DNA of 63,999 bases, counting the filler, from Circinaria calcarea (taxonomy: Eukaryota), in NCBI GenBank assembly GCA_051942165.1. It is 5 parts of 5 records of this genome, joined end to end, with 100 filler letters (N's around TTAATTAATTAA, not from the genome) between each part and the next. Parts side by side here need not be neighbours in the genome. Positions count along the whole stretch, not along the records: positions 26,030 to 38,889 come from JAVECS010000534.1; positions 38,990 to 51,831 come from JAVECS010000535.1; 3 more parts are not named here. The stretch is one strand, 5' to 3'. A program made the translations under genes and the position numbers. The notes beneath the pieces were generated by a model, which saw nothing but the letters and a program-made list of their open reading frames with translations, was not told where the DNA came from and did not search any database. Shown here piece by piece: positions 35,266 through 46,376 of the stretch (position 1 is its first letter; each line of letters starts with the position of its first letter).

Positions 35266-36310
35266 ATTTCGCTTCCTTTGTATCATTACTCATAGCCAGC
35301 GGTTTGGAGCTTTGTATTCTTAGTCAGACTACCCGAATCCTATTTTCAGAAAATCACCAACTGTGAGGCCTTATTAAAACCCCCCTTAACGCAAATACCC
35401 TCGGTGAAGTACCCTGCGGTTGCATTTGTCCCAATCCATCGACTTCCGCAATATAAATAACGTACATTGGCTGAAAAACACAAAAAACAAAAAGACAAAA
35501 AACCAGGCCCGCCTCGGCTCGCCTTGCATACAAAGAGCTACGAAAAAGTACCCAAGTCTTTTTATTTCTGTCCCTGAGTAAGCCATGAAGATAAGACAGA
35601 AGATGACATTCTGCGCGCCCGAGATGAATTTTCTCGCCTTATGGTAACCTTTAACCTTTATCCATCTCATCGTGTTCCTACTACGGGGTCGGGGAGGTGC
35701 CTAAGACCCATTGAACATTCCAGCTGAAGGGGGCTTACCAGATGAACAGACTCATTCGTATCGTGGAAGAATGGAGTCTGGCTCTTGTCGATTTGCAATG
35801 TAACTTCTTCTTCTCGGACGGGGATCAAGAACGTGAGGGAAATCTAATTCTCCGTCTAGTCTATCCTTTGGGGGGGGGGGTATCTAACTCTAAAATCCAA
35901 GGTCCCTGTAAACAAATCGACCACCCAGCATCCCAAATGAGAAAGCAACCGCGTGAAAAACACCAGCCATCCCGCCCAGATGAAGCACAGTCTAGATAAT
36001 ACAGGTTAAAGACAGAAGAAAAGCCACCAATAATCAAAGGCAAAAAGGGAAGTATCGGACATGAAGGGAAACATAGGACGCCGGCATATGATAGTGAATC
36101 TAAGCAGGGGGCCTAAGAGAAGTGGGTAAAACAGATACGAGGCAAAATAAAAGTACAAAAAGAATGTATACGACAGTCCATGCCCTTTCCACACCAGACC
36201 TTTCCTCCCCACCTTGCCCCGTCATTCCAGATCAAAGCCTTGATATAACTGCTGTCGTCTTGCGCCCATGCTGTGGTCTGGGATCTAAAGCATCGCAATT
36301 GTACTCCTCC

Positions 36311-36844
36311 TTAGGTGAGGACCTCACAGGCATAGCACCTCTCATGCTCGCAAAACGGACAGCGCAATGGTGCCAGTGCCGGATTGTTTGTCTGGCGGCA
36401 GTTATGACAGACCCACCAGCCAGCCATGTTTGGGTAAGAGCAGTTGTGCTGTCCTTCATTACCGTCGCCGTGATCGTGGGCATGGAGTTCACCGATGATT
36501 GAACTAGCTTCGGGGAAGCCGATGGCGGCGTCATCACTGGTCGGATAAGCGTATCGGCTAATATTGTTGGGATCTCCGACGTAGGCCTCGATGCTGTTAT
36601 TGCTAGTAGCAAATTCGAACGAGTATATGTTGTCTGGCGTAAACGAAGGGGTATGCGCATGGCTGAACACAGCAGATTCTGCCAGCAGTGTAGAAGAGAA
36701 CGCTGGCTGTTGAGCAAGGCCAGGTCGACCGACGTGGCATCCAGCACATTTGAAATGCGGACAAGTTGGACAGCGTTCTGGGCTATTGGCACTCAAGTTG
36801 TAGCCACCACATGAACAGCAGGTCCACACATCGGTAGCTGCCAT
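36311..36844 (-). CDS. Small Cys-rich double zinc-ribbon-like protein C (177 aa)
   Basis: WTCCSCGGYN...CPTCPHFKCAGC and WVCHNCRQTNN...CPFCEHERCYAC separated by a low-complexity linker; TATATA ~37022. Confidence 0.8.
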   Translation of the reverse strand: MAATDVWTCCSCGGYNLSANSPERCPTCPHFKCAGCHVGRPGLAQQPAFSSTLLAESAVFSHAHTPSFTPDNIYSFEFATSNNSIEAYVGDPNNISRYAYPTSDDAAIGFPEASSIIGELHAHDHGDGNEGQHNCSYPNMAGWWVCHNCRQTNNPALAPLRCPFCEHERCYACEVLT

Positions 36845-38889
36845 TACAGCACAGTGGCAGATCGAAGAAGGGTAATAGTAGGTCGAAAGAAAAAGGAGTT
36901 GAGGCTTGTCCAGCAATATACGAAGAGGATGGATTGCTTGATCAGAGTATTTCCAGAACGTGAAGATAGATGATATTGAGTGGAGACTTACTAGAAAAAC
37001 CGACTTCGAGATTGGCAGTCCTATATAATATACCCATTACAGTTCCTCGACTTGGTCTTGAACCACAGAGAAGCAACGGTCGCCCTGGCGAAGCTGTGGT
37101 AGCAGATGCTCCCTCGAATTTTGCCCGAAACGTTGTCCATTGCCTTGAAGGATGGAGTCGAAGGATGAAACCAGGGTACTATGGCAGTGAGGGCTTAAAA
37201 TCGAGATACCACTGACAAAAATCATTCTGGGAAAGCAACAAGCTAAAGATACTTCGCTGCGGAGCACCTCCTTTGCACAACCCTTAGAAATACAGAGGAT
37301 TTCTTGAGGCAGTGGTGGGGGCGAGGAGAGGTGTCACACGGTGGAAGGTAACGCGTTTGCACAGCAACGTAGAAACAGAAGCCATAAAGGAACACGGAAA
37401 GAGGGCCAGCTATGAGTAGTTAGGTAACAATGGACGTATACCGAAGCTTTCCCGCCTTGTAAATCAGAAAATTTAAGGGGATAAAAATGACGACTAGCTT
37501 CGATGTGAGAATGAATTGTCTGGCTACATAATATCTTGGGAATGGCGCATAGGTCAGATGATCGAATGGGAATGCGGCTCGTCAACGGTGTAAGCGGGAA
37601 AATAAAGGGATAGTCTGTACCCAGGGATTCGGAGATGGCCGCATTGGGTCCCTAAGCGTTGTAGGCAGTGGAAGTCGGAGGAAGATCTGGAAAATGCTTG
37701 GAGCGCAACTATTTAAGGCCACTGGCCTCGAATGCTAGCTGAAACTGTTGTCAATGTTACATGGAATGATAACATGCACGGGCGAGGATATAGCACCTGC
37801 CCGAGTCAAGACCCCAGCTCAGGAGCTGCCCCAAAAATCAGCAGTCCCTTAACCATGCAGTGAGCACATGGCCATGATGGCCAATGCGGTACGATGCTTC
37901 CGCAATAATACGAGAGACAGTAAGGCCAATGAGGTCACCCTCGTAAAGTTGTTTGTTGCTCAGGATTCTTGAGTTTCTCACCCAGTCCATTTGCTCTTTT
38001 CGTATATTCTCAGAAACAAGTACTCCAAGTGCGCAAACTCTCGGCGGAAGCTGCACACCAATTTCCACGTAAAGGTAGGTTCGGATGCATATTCCATAGT
38101 CAACATGGAGTCCATCAACTTAATCCGACCGCGAATAGCGGTATTCTGTGCCCCAACGAACGAGGCCATCCAAAATCCCCTCGCACTCACACAGTCGAGA
38201 TTGCTAGCCTCTGCTCAGAGTAAGAACCGCAGCCATCGTGTGAATATGTGACGAAATACTAAGGGTGAACTGTATACGCTTCCATTGGAATAATCCACTG
38301 ACAGGGCGTAACCACGCCCGATTGGTATGAACTCCAGACTAAGAAGCTGAGGGTGAGAAACGAAGACGTTTCGAACGTCTCTAGCATCTATGACATAGTT
38401 CAAACAACATCAGCCACATGGAGAGTCTGGGGGCGAGGAGGAGCTCTGGAAGAGAGGTTGCTCGCTGCTCAATCGCCGCGACTCGATTGACCTGACTTAG
38501 CCTATAACAGCCTCTATTCTCGGCGATCGCTGCGTGCTCGCATTGAGCAAGGGTTGTGATTTTCCAGCAGCAGTAGTGAAGATTTGCAGTTGCAGTCACC
38601 GGTGCTTCTTGCGGAGAATATTTCCCAATTGCGATTGACTGACAATTGTCAGGTCGTCCTTTGAGGCTCCTCAGAGCGACAACGGACCGATAAAACGCCG
38701 GATGGAGCTGTTGGCTAGTGCTACTGCCGTGCGTATATCCCAGACCATGAATATGGCACGGCGGATTTCAAGAGCTCACCTTGATGAAGGATGACGGCGG
38801 AGGTTGCTTGCAACTGCATGCAATGTCCTTGACATGTAGCAATGTTCAACCTCACTTCCCTTGTCCAAAAGGCTCATTCGCTCATTGAT

Positions 38890-38989
38890 NNNNNNNNNNN
38901 NNNNNNNNNNNNNNNNNNNNNNNNNNNNNNNNNTTAATTAATTAANNNNNNNNNNNNNNNNNNNNNNNNNNNNNNNNNNNNNNNNNNNN
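38890..38989. other. Artificial contig spacer
   Basis: N44-TTAATTAATTAA-N44. Confidence 0.98.
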
Positions 38990-39473
38990 GATACGCCTCG
39001 GCACTAACCAGATGATGGCGGCTATCATAATCGCTTTCTTCCGACCCAGAATATCCGAAATGAAGCCGGAGACCAAGGCACCCAGCCACGAGCCGCCCGC
39101 CATGGCCGCTGTGATGCCTCCTTGGACATCCGGCCTCGGTCCTGAGCAGTCGACGTTGGTCGTGAAGGGCGGGCCTTCGGGGCCTTGGTTGAAGTAGCAT
39201 TTGTATTGATTGGTGCCGAGGATGGCACTCATCTAAAGGCGTTGGTGGGTGTAGATTGAATGCGGATGGGAACTTACCGAAGAGATGTCAAAACCGAAGA
39301 GGCCCTTTTGTACGATCATCAGTCACGCCATTCCCGCATCCATCCATGGAGTATATTCATAGCACGTACACCACCTGTGACGATTTCGTTAGTACGGCTC
39401 TGCGGTGCCTGGAAGAGTGACAGGTACCAATAATGGCAATGGCACTGATCAAGTAAATGTTCCCCACCGCCAT
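38990..39473 (-). CDS. 5' part of an MFS sugar porter, HGT1-like high-affinity glucose transporter (truncated by contig end)
   Basis: Spliced MAVGNIYLISAIAIIGGGLFGFDISSMSAILGT...QGGITAAMAGGSWLGALVSG..SD.LGRKKAI. Confidence 0.9.
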
Positions 39474-41662
39474 CCTTGCCGAATCTTCATCCAATTAAAT
39501 GCTGAAGCTATTCGAAGTCGAAGCAATGGGATCGAGGGAGATGGGCTGATAGCAATGAGATGGACGATGGGATTGTTATGTGTAAAAGCTTTGCCATGGC
39601 AGTGGGGACCCCGCTAAGCATGACCTGGTGATCATGTTTATCACTCCGACAGCGACGAGGGCCGTTTTTGTGGTGGGTAATGTGTGATTGGTGAACGGTC
39701 TTTCCAAGTGGGGTTCGAGCTTACCAGGAATGCCGTCACGTCATGCGGGTCTCACTCTTGCCAGTGGTGGAGGTGTGGGGAATCGCGGAATTGGATCGGA
39801 GATTCCCTTGGCTCTGCACGGAACTGGTACACCGTCTTTTTTACTTTGATATGTGCTATTTGCAGTATAGAATCCCCAGCTCAGGAGATGATCGAGTCAG
39901 GTCTGATGCGAGAGTAGAGGAGATAACACAGCAATACTCCGTTACCAAAAGGACTCCAAGCTTCATCAACCAACGAGACACTCAACTCAGATTGCTTGAC
40001 GAAGGTGGCGTTTCCCCGCAATGTCCCATGTCCGACCGGCCGTCAGCGTCTGCTAGCGTAATCCCACGGCGGCTTTGATTCGAAGACGGCTCCCGTTGGT
40101 AAAGAGATAGCAGAGCTTCATACATGCAGTAGCCCGGGAATTCTACTGTAGTGCCAGTGAGGAATGCTATACTCCGGGAAAAGGACATGTAAGCAGAAGC
40201 TGGATGGTCATCCACGTTGTTCCTGCCAAAACTTTAGCTGCCTCTGATCAGATCTTGTACGTTTGGTAATTCACGACAGCCTGATCTATGACAGCATTGG
40301 AGCAAGCCTCCGTAAGCATTCTTGCTACTATACGAGTATCGTATGGCAGTTAGTGCTGCGTCTTTTGCTTGGACAGATTGATGGAATGCCCACAAGTCTT
40401 TGTCTTTCTTGATGCAGTACTCTTCTTCGGACTTACATCGTATACAAAAGCCATGCACCACTCACACGTCCAAGATGGATGCCCTAAGCATGCAGCCAAA
40501 TATGGAAGAACGAACAGCAAAGCAATCGTCAGATATTTTCAGGATCAGATCATGGCCGGCCAGCGTTACAGGAGCTTTCGCCGAAGTTGGTGGCCCTTGA
40601 TGGCCTAATCACAGATTGAGCAACAAGACACACAAATGACACTGCGTGCCGGTCACGCCTAAAACAACAATACATTCGAACTCGACTGCAATCAATGTAA
40701 GATCAAACGCTATATCTCCAAAGTATGCTAGGATTCAAGGCATGAGAAATTAGAAGCCACTTGAAATTATATCCATAGTAAGCGCTTCAATGCTGCTACT
40801 TTACATTATCACCATGATCCCTTGATAGGAATCGAGAGCATCCCACCCACAAGTAACTCTTGATTGAGTGGATTGGTGAGGTGGGAGTCGATGTAAAAAG
40901 ACATATACTGAGCTTGAATTCTCTCCGAACAACGACAGAACTCGAAGGGGGCTAGCCAAGAAGGAAAAGCTGGAACTGAGAGTAGTTGGAGCTTATAAGA
41001 CTTTCGGTGAACCAACCTGTCATGTACTTTTGCTGGATCGATCTGAAATGACGTTGTTTCTTTTCGAAGACGGTACTAAATTACCACTAGTCTCTTTCTG
41101 ATATAGAGCTTCGAAATTGCTCTGACGTGGACTGACCATCCCACGACGCTTAGAACGAGCTTCAGGACAGGGAACCAGACGCTGGCGACGACGCGGAAGA
41201 GCTTGACGAGATTCATAATCAGACTGTTCAGGGTCATTTTCTTCGCTATCACTAAAGGACGCTGAGTTGATATCAAAGTACTGGGGTATTAGGGGAAGTA
41301 ATACCTAGCGAGCGCTGTCTGCGAATAAGGGTATCTACGTTCTCTAAGCAGAGCATCACCAACGACGTTGGATATAACAGTATGTATTGCAGAATTTTAT
41401 TCATCCTACACTCGAGGTACTCGGTCTTGCTTACGCTCAGCAAGCTTGCGTTTGTGCAAGGAGCATATTGAGCAAGTAGCTTGTTTACACTTCAGACTCT
41501 CATTTTATTCAACAAGTTGAAATCGCATGCGCAGACTGTAAAACGTCAGATAGCAAAAGAAACTTTTCGTACGACGATCTCGGTCCCCTTTTCACTTCAA
41601 GATGAGTAGTAATTGAAACCAATCAACCCCTATCATCATCAGTTCCCGTGCATGCTCTCAAG

Positions 41663-42676
41663 TCAACGCCGAGTAGGAGGTGGACGGAATAGACCGTAAG
41701 GCTGTCGTGAATTCTCTCCTATTTCTACCAGACTGGGACTCGTTGTGCTAGCAATGGGAGCAGAAGTTGGAGTTGGGATATAAGGGCCGGGCCGCCTTAC
41801 TGAGCTACTCGTGTTCGCATTGGAGGTTGGATTACGTCGATTGAGTCGAGACTGTGCTGGTGCGGTATGGGGATTGTGGCTGCGAGAAGAGGCTGCGCCC
41901 GTTTCAGCCGGTCTTGCCCACCGATAATTGCGTGAGGAGGATGAATTACGACGAGAGTGTCGAGACCCTGCCAATGACGTGGTATGACGATTTTGGATGT
42001 GGGAGGATGTGGTTCCCATTTCAGCCGGTATTGCGGACTGAGTCTGGTGCAGTAAGGTTTGTTGGTCAGGCTCATGGACTTCGCTGTCTGATACATGACC
42101 GCCAGCTTGAGACTGGGTCGATGGGCCAAGTACCCCTTGATGAGTCGATAAATGCTCTGGCGGATGGTTGCGGCGGCCATGGACGTGTTGTCCTGTCATA
42201 TAGTCAAAAACAGTTGCGGATTGGCTTTTCTTCTAAGGCGAAACAGCTTACGATTGGTACGCGCGTTCCTCTCCAATTCCATCCTCCGGGCCCTCTCTCT
42301 CTCTCCAGCCCCTGTTGCAAACGGTCTCGCTCTTGCCTCAATTCATAAGCCTCGACCGCATATTGCCCAGACAATGAATTATGCCGTCCAGCAGCCTCTG
42401 CATCCAGTCCAAACATGTACATCAACCTGCAAGCGAACCCGCTGTCAATAATGATGTCGATGTCGGCGTTTAGCAAGCCCTCCAGCATTGTAGCATTACT
42501 CTCTCGATAGACTAATTCAAGAGCGTGGCGGATTTGGTGGGGTGGTATGTGCGAGATACTGGGTTGGAAGTGGGGACCGTTACGGTGGCGGCCTGGAGCT
42601 TTGATGAGAGGGGAAGGTTGAGTTAGACGTTTGGGTTACGTACCAGGGTGGCCACAACCAATTCTGCAGGACGCAT
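41663..42676 (-). pseudogene. Orphan gene or pseudogene, putative paralogue 1 of an 'IDSGF' family (short domain + coiled coil + low-complexity tail)
   Basis: ATG 42676 with GTACGT/CTAAC and GTAAG introns; GLLNADIDIIIDSGFACRL, E/R-rich coil with an apparent slip in a (GA)n run at ~42293-42304; 178-aa S/R/H-rich tail ORF. Confidence 0.45.
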
Positions 42677-44365
42677 TTCGAGGGAATATTTAGAATATGG
42701 ATACTAGGTGTGAAGTACTCTGGTAACTGCTGACTCTACTGCTCTTCAAGAGGCTGTGGATGAGCAAAAATCGGTATCGATTCTTGCTTAGAGAACCAGA
42801 AACACGTCACCAAGTCTGCAAAAGAAAAGGCAAAGGCGAAGTTGAGGGTAAAAATCGAAACTGGTATGAAGGAAAGGATGAAAGCTGGTAAGTAATATCT
42901 TTTGGCCATGAAGTATTAAATCATAATATATATTTAAAGTGATTCCTTTAGTGAGATAGGCATTCACCGTGGATTGCTAATCAACACAGCCTGTTAAAAT
43001 AGTATAACATTAACGTCGATTATACGATCAACACTCTCGGCCACGTTGGATCAAACCTCATCATTATATATAACCCGTTACTAAATTCGCTATAGTCATA
43101 TGCACAAGTAATTCCTCGCATAATTATTCGAGAATCTTCTTCCCTCCCTACACGTACAGCTTTCAATCCGTTGAGAACTCCACCCTCCCCCAGAAACACA
43201 CCCTCTCACAGCTGCAAGGAACTAGAACCTGCAATTATCATTGCAAGCAGTAATGACAATAGTCCGACCTCTTGGCAATTCGGGGTTAGCTTTACCTTGG
43301 ACTATTGCAGAGGATGTGCTGGAGATGATGGGTAGAAAGAGTTTTATTAAATTCCATTACCCAAGGGCTAAGGTCTCATTACTTCTCAGCTTCATACCCA
43401 AGTTTTTACTTATACCCCCGCTATCTGGTTCACGGGGAATCCTCGCACCAGCGCCTCATCCCTACTCTGATTTTTAAACCTTGGCACCTCTTCCCATTGT
43501 CCGACCGTCGCGAGCAGCCGGAACTTTTTGCGTACCGATTGAAAATCTTTAAAATGGGAGAGTCCCTACCCCCCTATTTCTAACCGTTGATTTGGATCTT
43601 GGCGGAAAAGGTTTTCTGGGAGAAGTAGCAAAGAGCAAACAGATTTCAATCTCGGACAAATTGATGTTTTGGTAAGTTGGTATGCGGAAGGATTTGTTAG
43701 TTCGAATTGGGAGAAATCTCAAAATGGGTGTGGGCAGGTATGACTTTCATGTATGGTAAAGCGTATCTAAATTTCACAACGCATAATTCCATCAAAGGCA
43801 GGCTTTTCGTAGCATAAAAAGCTTTTATTTGACCGGCCTTGACCACCACTACTTCATTGCCATGGTAAGGGGATATCGTTATGGCTACGTTTCGAGATCG
43901 GCTAATTTACTCAAAGCTGCACTGCAGGGGAGCGTGGATGGTAGAAACGCGGGTATAATTTCAAACGAGCTCAGGACTCCAAAAGGATATTAGCACGGCC
44001 TTGTCTATAAAATAGGGGAATCTGGCGAACCCCACTGTCGCTATTCCGCTCCCCGGAAGTCCCTCGACCTGGGGAACTATCATGATGCAACGTATCGAGT
44101 CGGAGTAAATACCGAACGCCATCAAACGACGATGAGGGTCCTGCATCCTACTTGTCAAGAACAGGGTCGAATCCTGCCGTCACGGCCTTGTAGGGACGCT
44201 AGGGGAACTAGGCCTTTCTACTTGCTAATCATTTTGGATTAGCGAGTCCACGGTATCGCAGAAACACATTATACGGCTTTGGCTGTTATATGGGTTTAGT
44301 AGGTTAGACCAAACCATGAAGCCGGCTACGCATCTTTCCGCAAGCACATCCTTGGCATGATTATC

Positions 44366-44781
44366 TGTCATGAGCTCCTATCAAGACGGAACCAGAAACG
44401 CCATCTCGTATCTTGGGTATACTGGATATCTTACAAGATTTCGTCTCATAGATGCCCTGTCGGCAAACCCCATAGTCCAAGCCAGGCTGATATCCATATC
44501 CCCTGGTTTATGTACGACATTTCCCCAACCACCGCAAATCCACGCAATACATTGAATCCTTCAGTCAGGATCTTTCCTCGGGACTTGAAGCTTCCACTTC
44601 CTGGCCTCGTTCCCTCTCGCTATTACCGTTCTTCTCACCGGTAACAGGCTATCAGTGCATTATGGCCCAGGCCTGTAAGTGTTACGGAGGCTCCTCCGGA
44701 CCTTCCTCGTAGGAGGTCCTCTGTATATAAGTAGTAAGGAGATAGTAGAAATCAAGACTATTTCACCTCTACCGCATGACA
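44366..44781. mobile_element. Possible solo LTR remnant
   Basis: Bounded by TGTCATG...CATGACA (7-bp inverted TG..CA ends) and contains TATATAA; no clean TSD found. Confidence 0.3.
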
Positions 44782-45767
44782 ATTAGTTTAACAAAGCGAT
44801 AGATATTATCCCGAGGCATGTAGCTATATGCGATAGCAAATCTTCTGGGCTACCGTCTTTTAGAGCATAAAACCGACAGGTGTGTGTGTTTATTAATTTC
44901 TTTTCATTTTGCTGGATCTTAGTATGTTGATGTATTAGGTCTAGGTCTGAGCTCGAACGCATAATATGGAGTGTGTAATATAAGTGGTATTCGGCAGCTT
45001 CATACACGGATCTGGGTTTGATGAGAGGCGAGGGTAGAATTTCGTTGTGATGTTTATGGGAAATCGGAAAAGGAAAGGGATGCTTTAGAGATATTATCCT
45101 TGAGAGTCAGATTGAGCGCAATGAATTTCATAAGTTCGTTCAGAAATGGAGGGCGTTTGATAAACTAACTACGTAAGTTAATCTTCCACTTCCGCGGAGG
45201 GTGTACCCTTTTAAACTTTAGGAAAATATAGGCGGTTGAAGATTAAGGAGACTTTTCACAAATTGACGCCATAAGATCAGGTATGACGTATTACTTTTCT
45301 CCTCTTTTAGCCAATGGTCAATTTATTGAGCCCCCCCCTATCAATTTCACCACAGTGAAAAATCCCCACTTACCACCCACTTTCAGGACGCTTGTTGCTC
45401 GCTCCTATTCCATTCCGGCGGATCCTGATCCCACCAAGGGTTCCATGGGTCTGGCGCCGATGCTGCAGACTCAAACGAAGGATGACGTTGCCGACCCTGA
45501 GTAGTAGACTGAGGGGAGAGGTCAGATCTGTGGCCATACTGATATGCAGGTGTTTCTGAGTAACCTGCCGTCTGGTGGGACGGTTGGTTGGAACGATACT
45601 GAGGACCAGGTCACCCTGGGTGACTCGGTAAAACTGACCCTTCGATTGTGGCTGTGAATGGTGTTTGGATGATTGGCTGAAGGCACTAATTAGCATGGTT
45701 TCGTTTATTAGTTTATAGATTGCGAGAACACGTACTGAGGAGGTCCCTTGCTGATTGTGGTTGCCGT

Positions 45768-46376
45768 TTTTGAGCAGCAATATGTATGGTGACATTGCTA
45801 CCTTACATATTGCTGCTCAACAGGTTATGAGCTTAGTCGAACGTTGAAGTATATCAAGATACTTCTCAGTCTAAGGTTCGAATCGGTCCATCTTAACGTC
45901 GTAGCTGGGGTCTTTTCCTTCGATAATCGGCTCTATGGGCTGCTTCATGGCGCCTGTGAAGACGTTCCATACGCCATTTAGGCGTGCAACCGATTCCAGA
46001 GCCTTGATCCATGCTTCCCAGTTCTCTGAGCCCTTAAGCTTTGGAATTGAGGACAAACCTTGAAAGGAATGCGACATGGCGAGAGGTGAGAATGTGGGAG
46101 TATCGAGGATTCGTATGCGTTGTTGCAATGTTTCCAAATCGTTTCTCAAGTCACTTCCTTCCTCTGAGCCTTCAGATTCAAGATCTTCGTCTTTGACTTC
46201 CGGGGTGTTGCTGGGAGATTTCTTCTCTGCTTTTGACACTTTGACCATTCAACAACAGCAATAGTGCAGCAAGTAGTAGATTAATAAAAGTCTCCTACTG
46301 GTCACGTCCGGGCCCCATAACCTGTTGAGCAGCAATACTCAGGTAGCAATACCACCATACATATTGCTGCTTAATA
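45768..46376. mobile_element. Non-autonomous copia-derived element: two ~55-bp hairpin mini-LTRs in inverted orientation, each followed inward by a PBS-like GGTTATG motif; 5-bp TSD GCCGT
   Basis: Termini at 45768-45822 and 46323-46376; GGTTATGAGC at 45823 (+) and GGTTATGGGGCCC at 46322 (-); GCCGT at 45763-45767 and 46377-46381. Confidence 0.85.
45871..46248 (-). CDS. Truncated Ty1/copia Gag N-terminal fragment
   Basis: SSIPKLKGSENWEAWIKALESVARLNGVWNVFTG matches the copia gag N-terminal pattern (L.G.eNw..W...m...l...glw..v.G); starts ~60 nt after the PBS. Confidence 0.75.
   Translation of the reverse strand: MVKVSKAEKKSPSNTPEVKDEDLESEGSEEGSDLRNDLETLQQRIRILDTPTFSPLAMSHSFQGLSSIPKLKGSENWEAWIKALESVARLNGVWNVFTGAMKQPIEPIIEGKDPSYDVKMDRFEP

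Noticed and set aside
37838..38760. Short Cys-containing ORFs near the end of contig 3 as a fourth zinc-ribbon gene
   Set aside because: They lack the WxCxxC and CxxCxH..CxxC spacing of genes A-C
45870..45890. GGTTCGAATC resembling a tRNA T-loop
   Set aside because: No cloverleaf context; it lies at the end of the gag fragment
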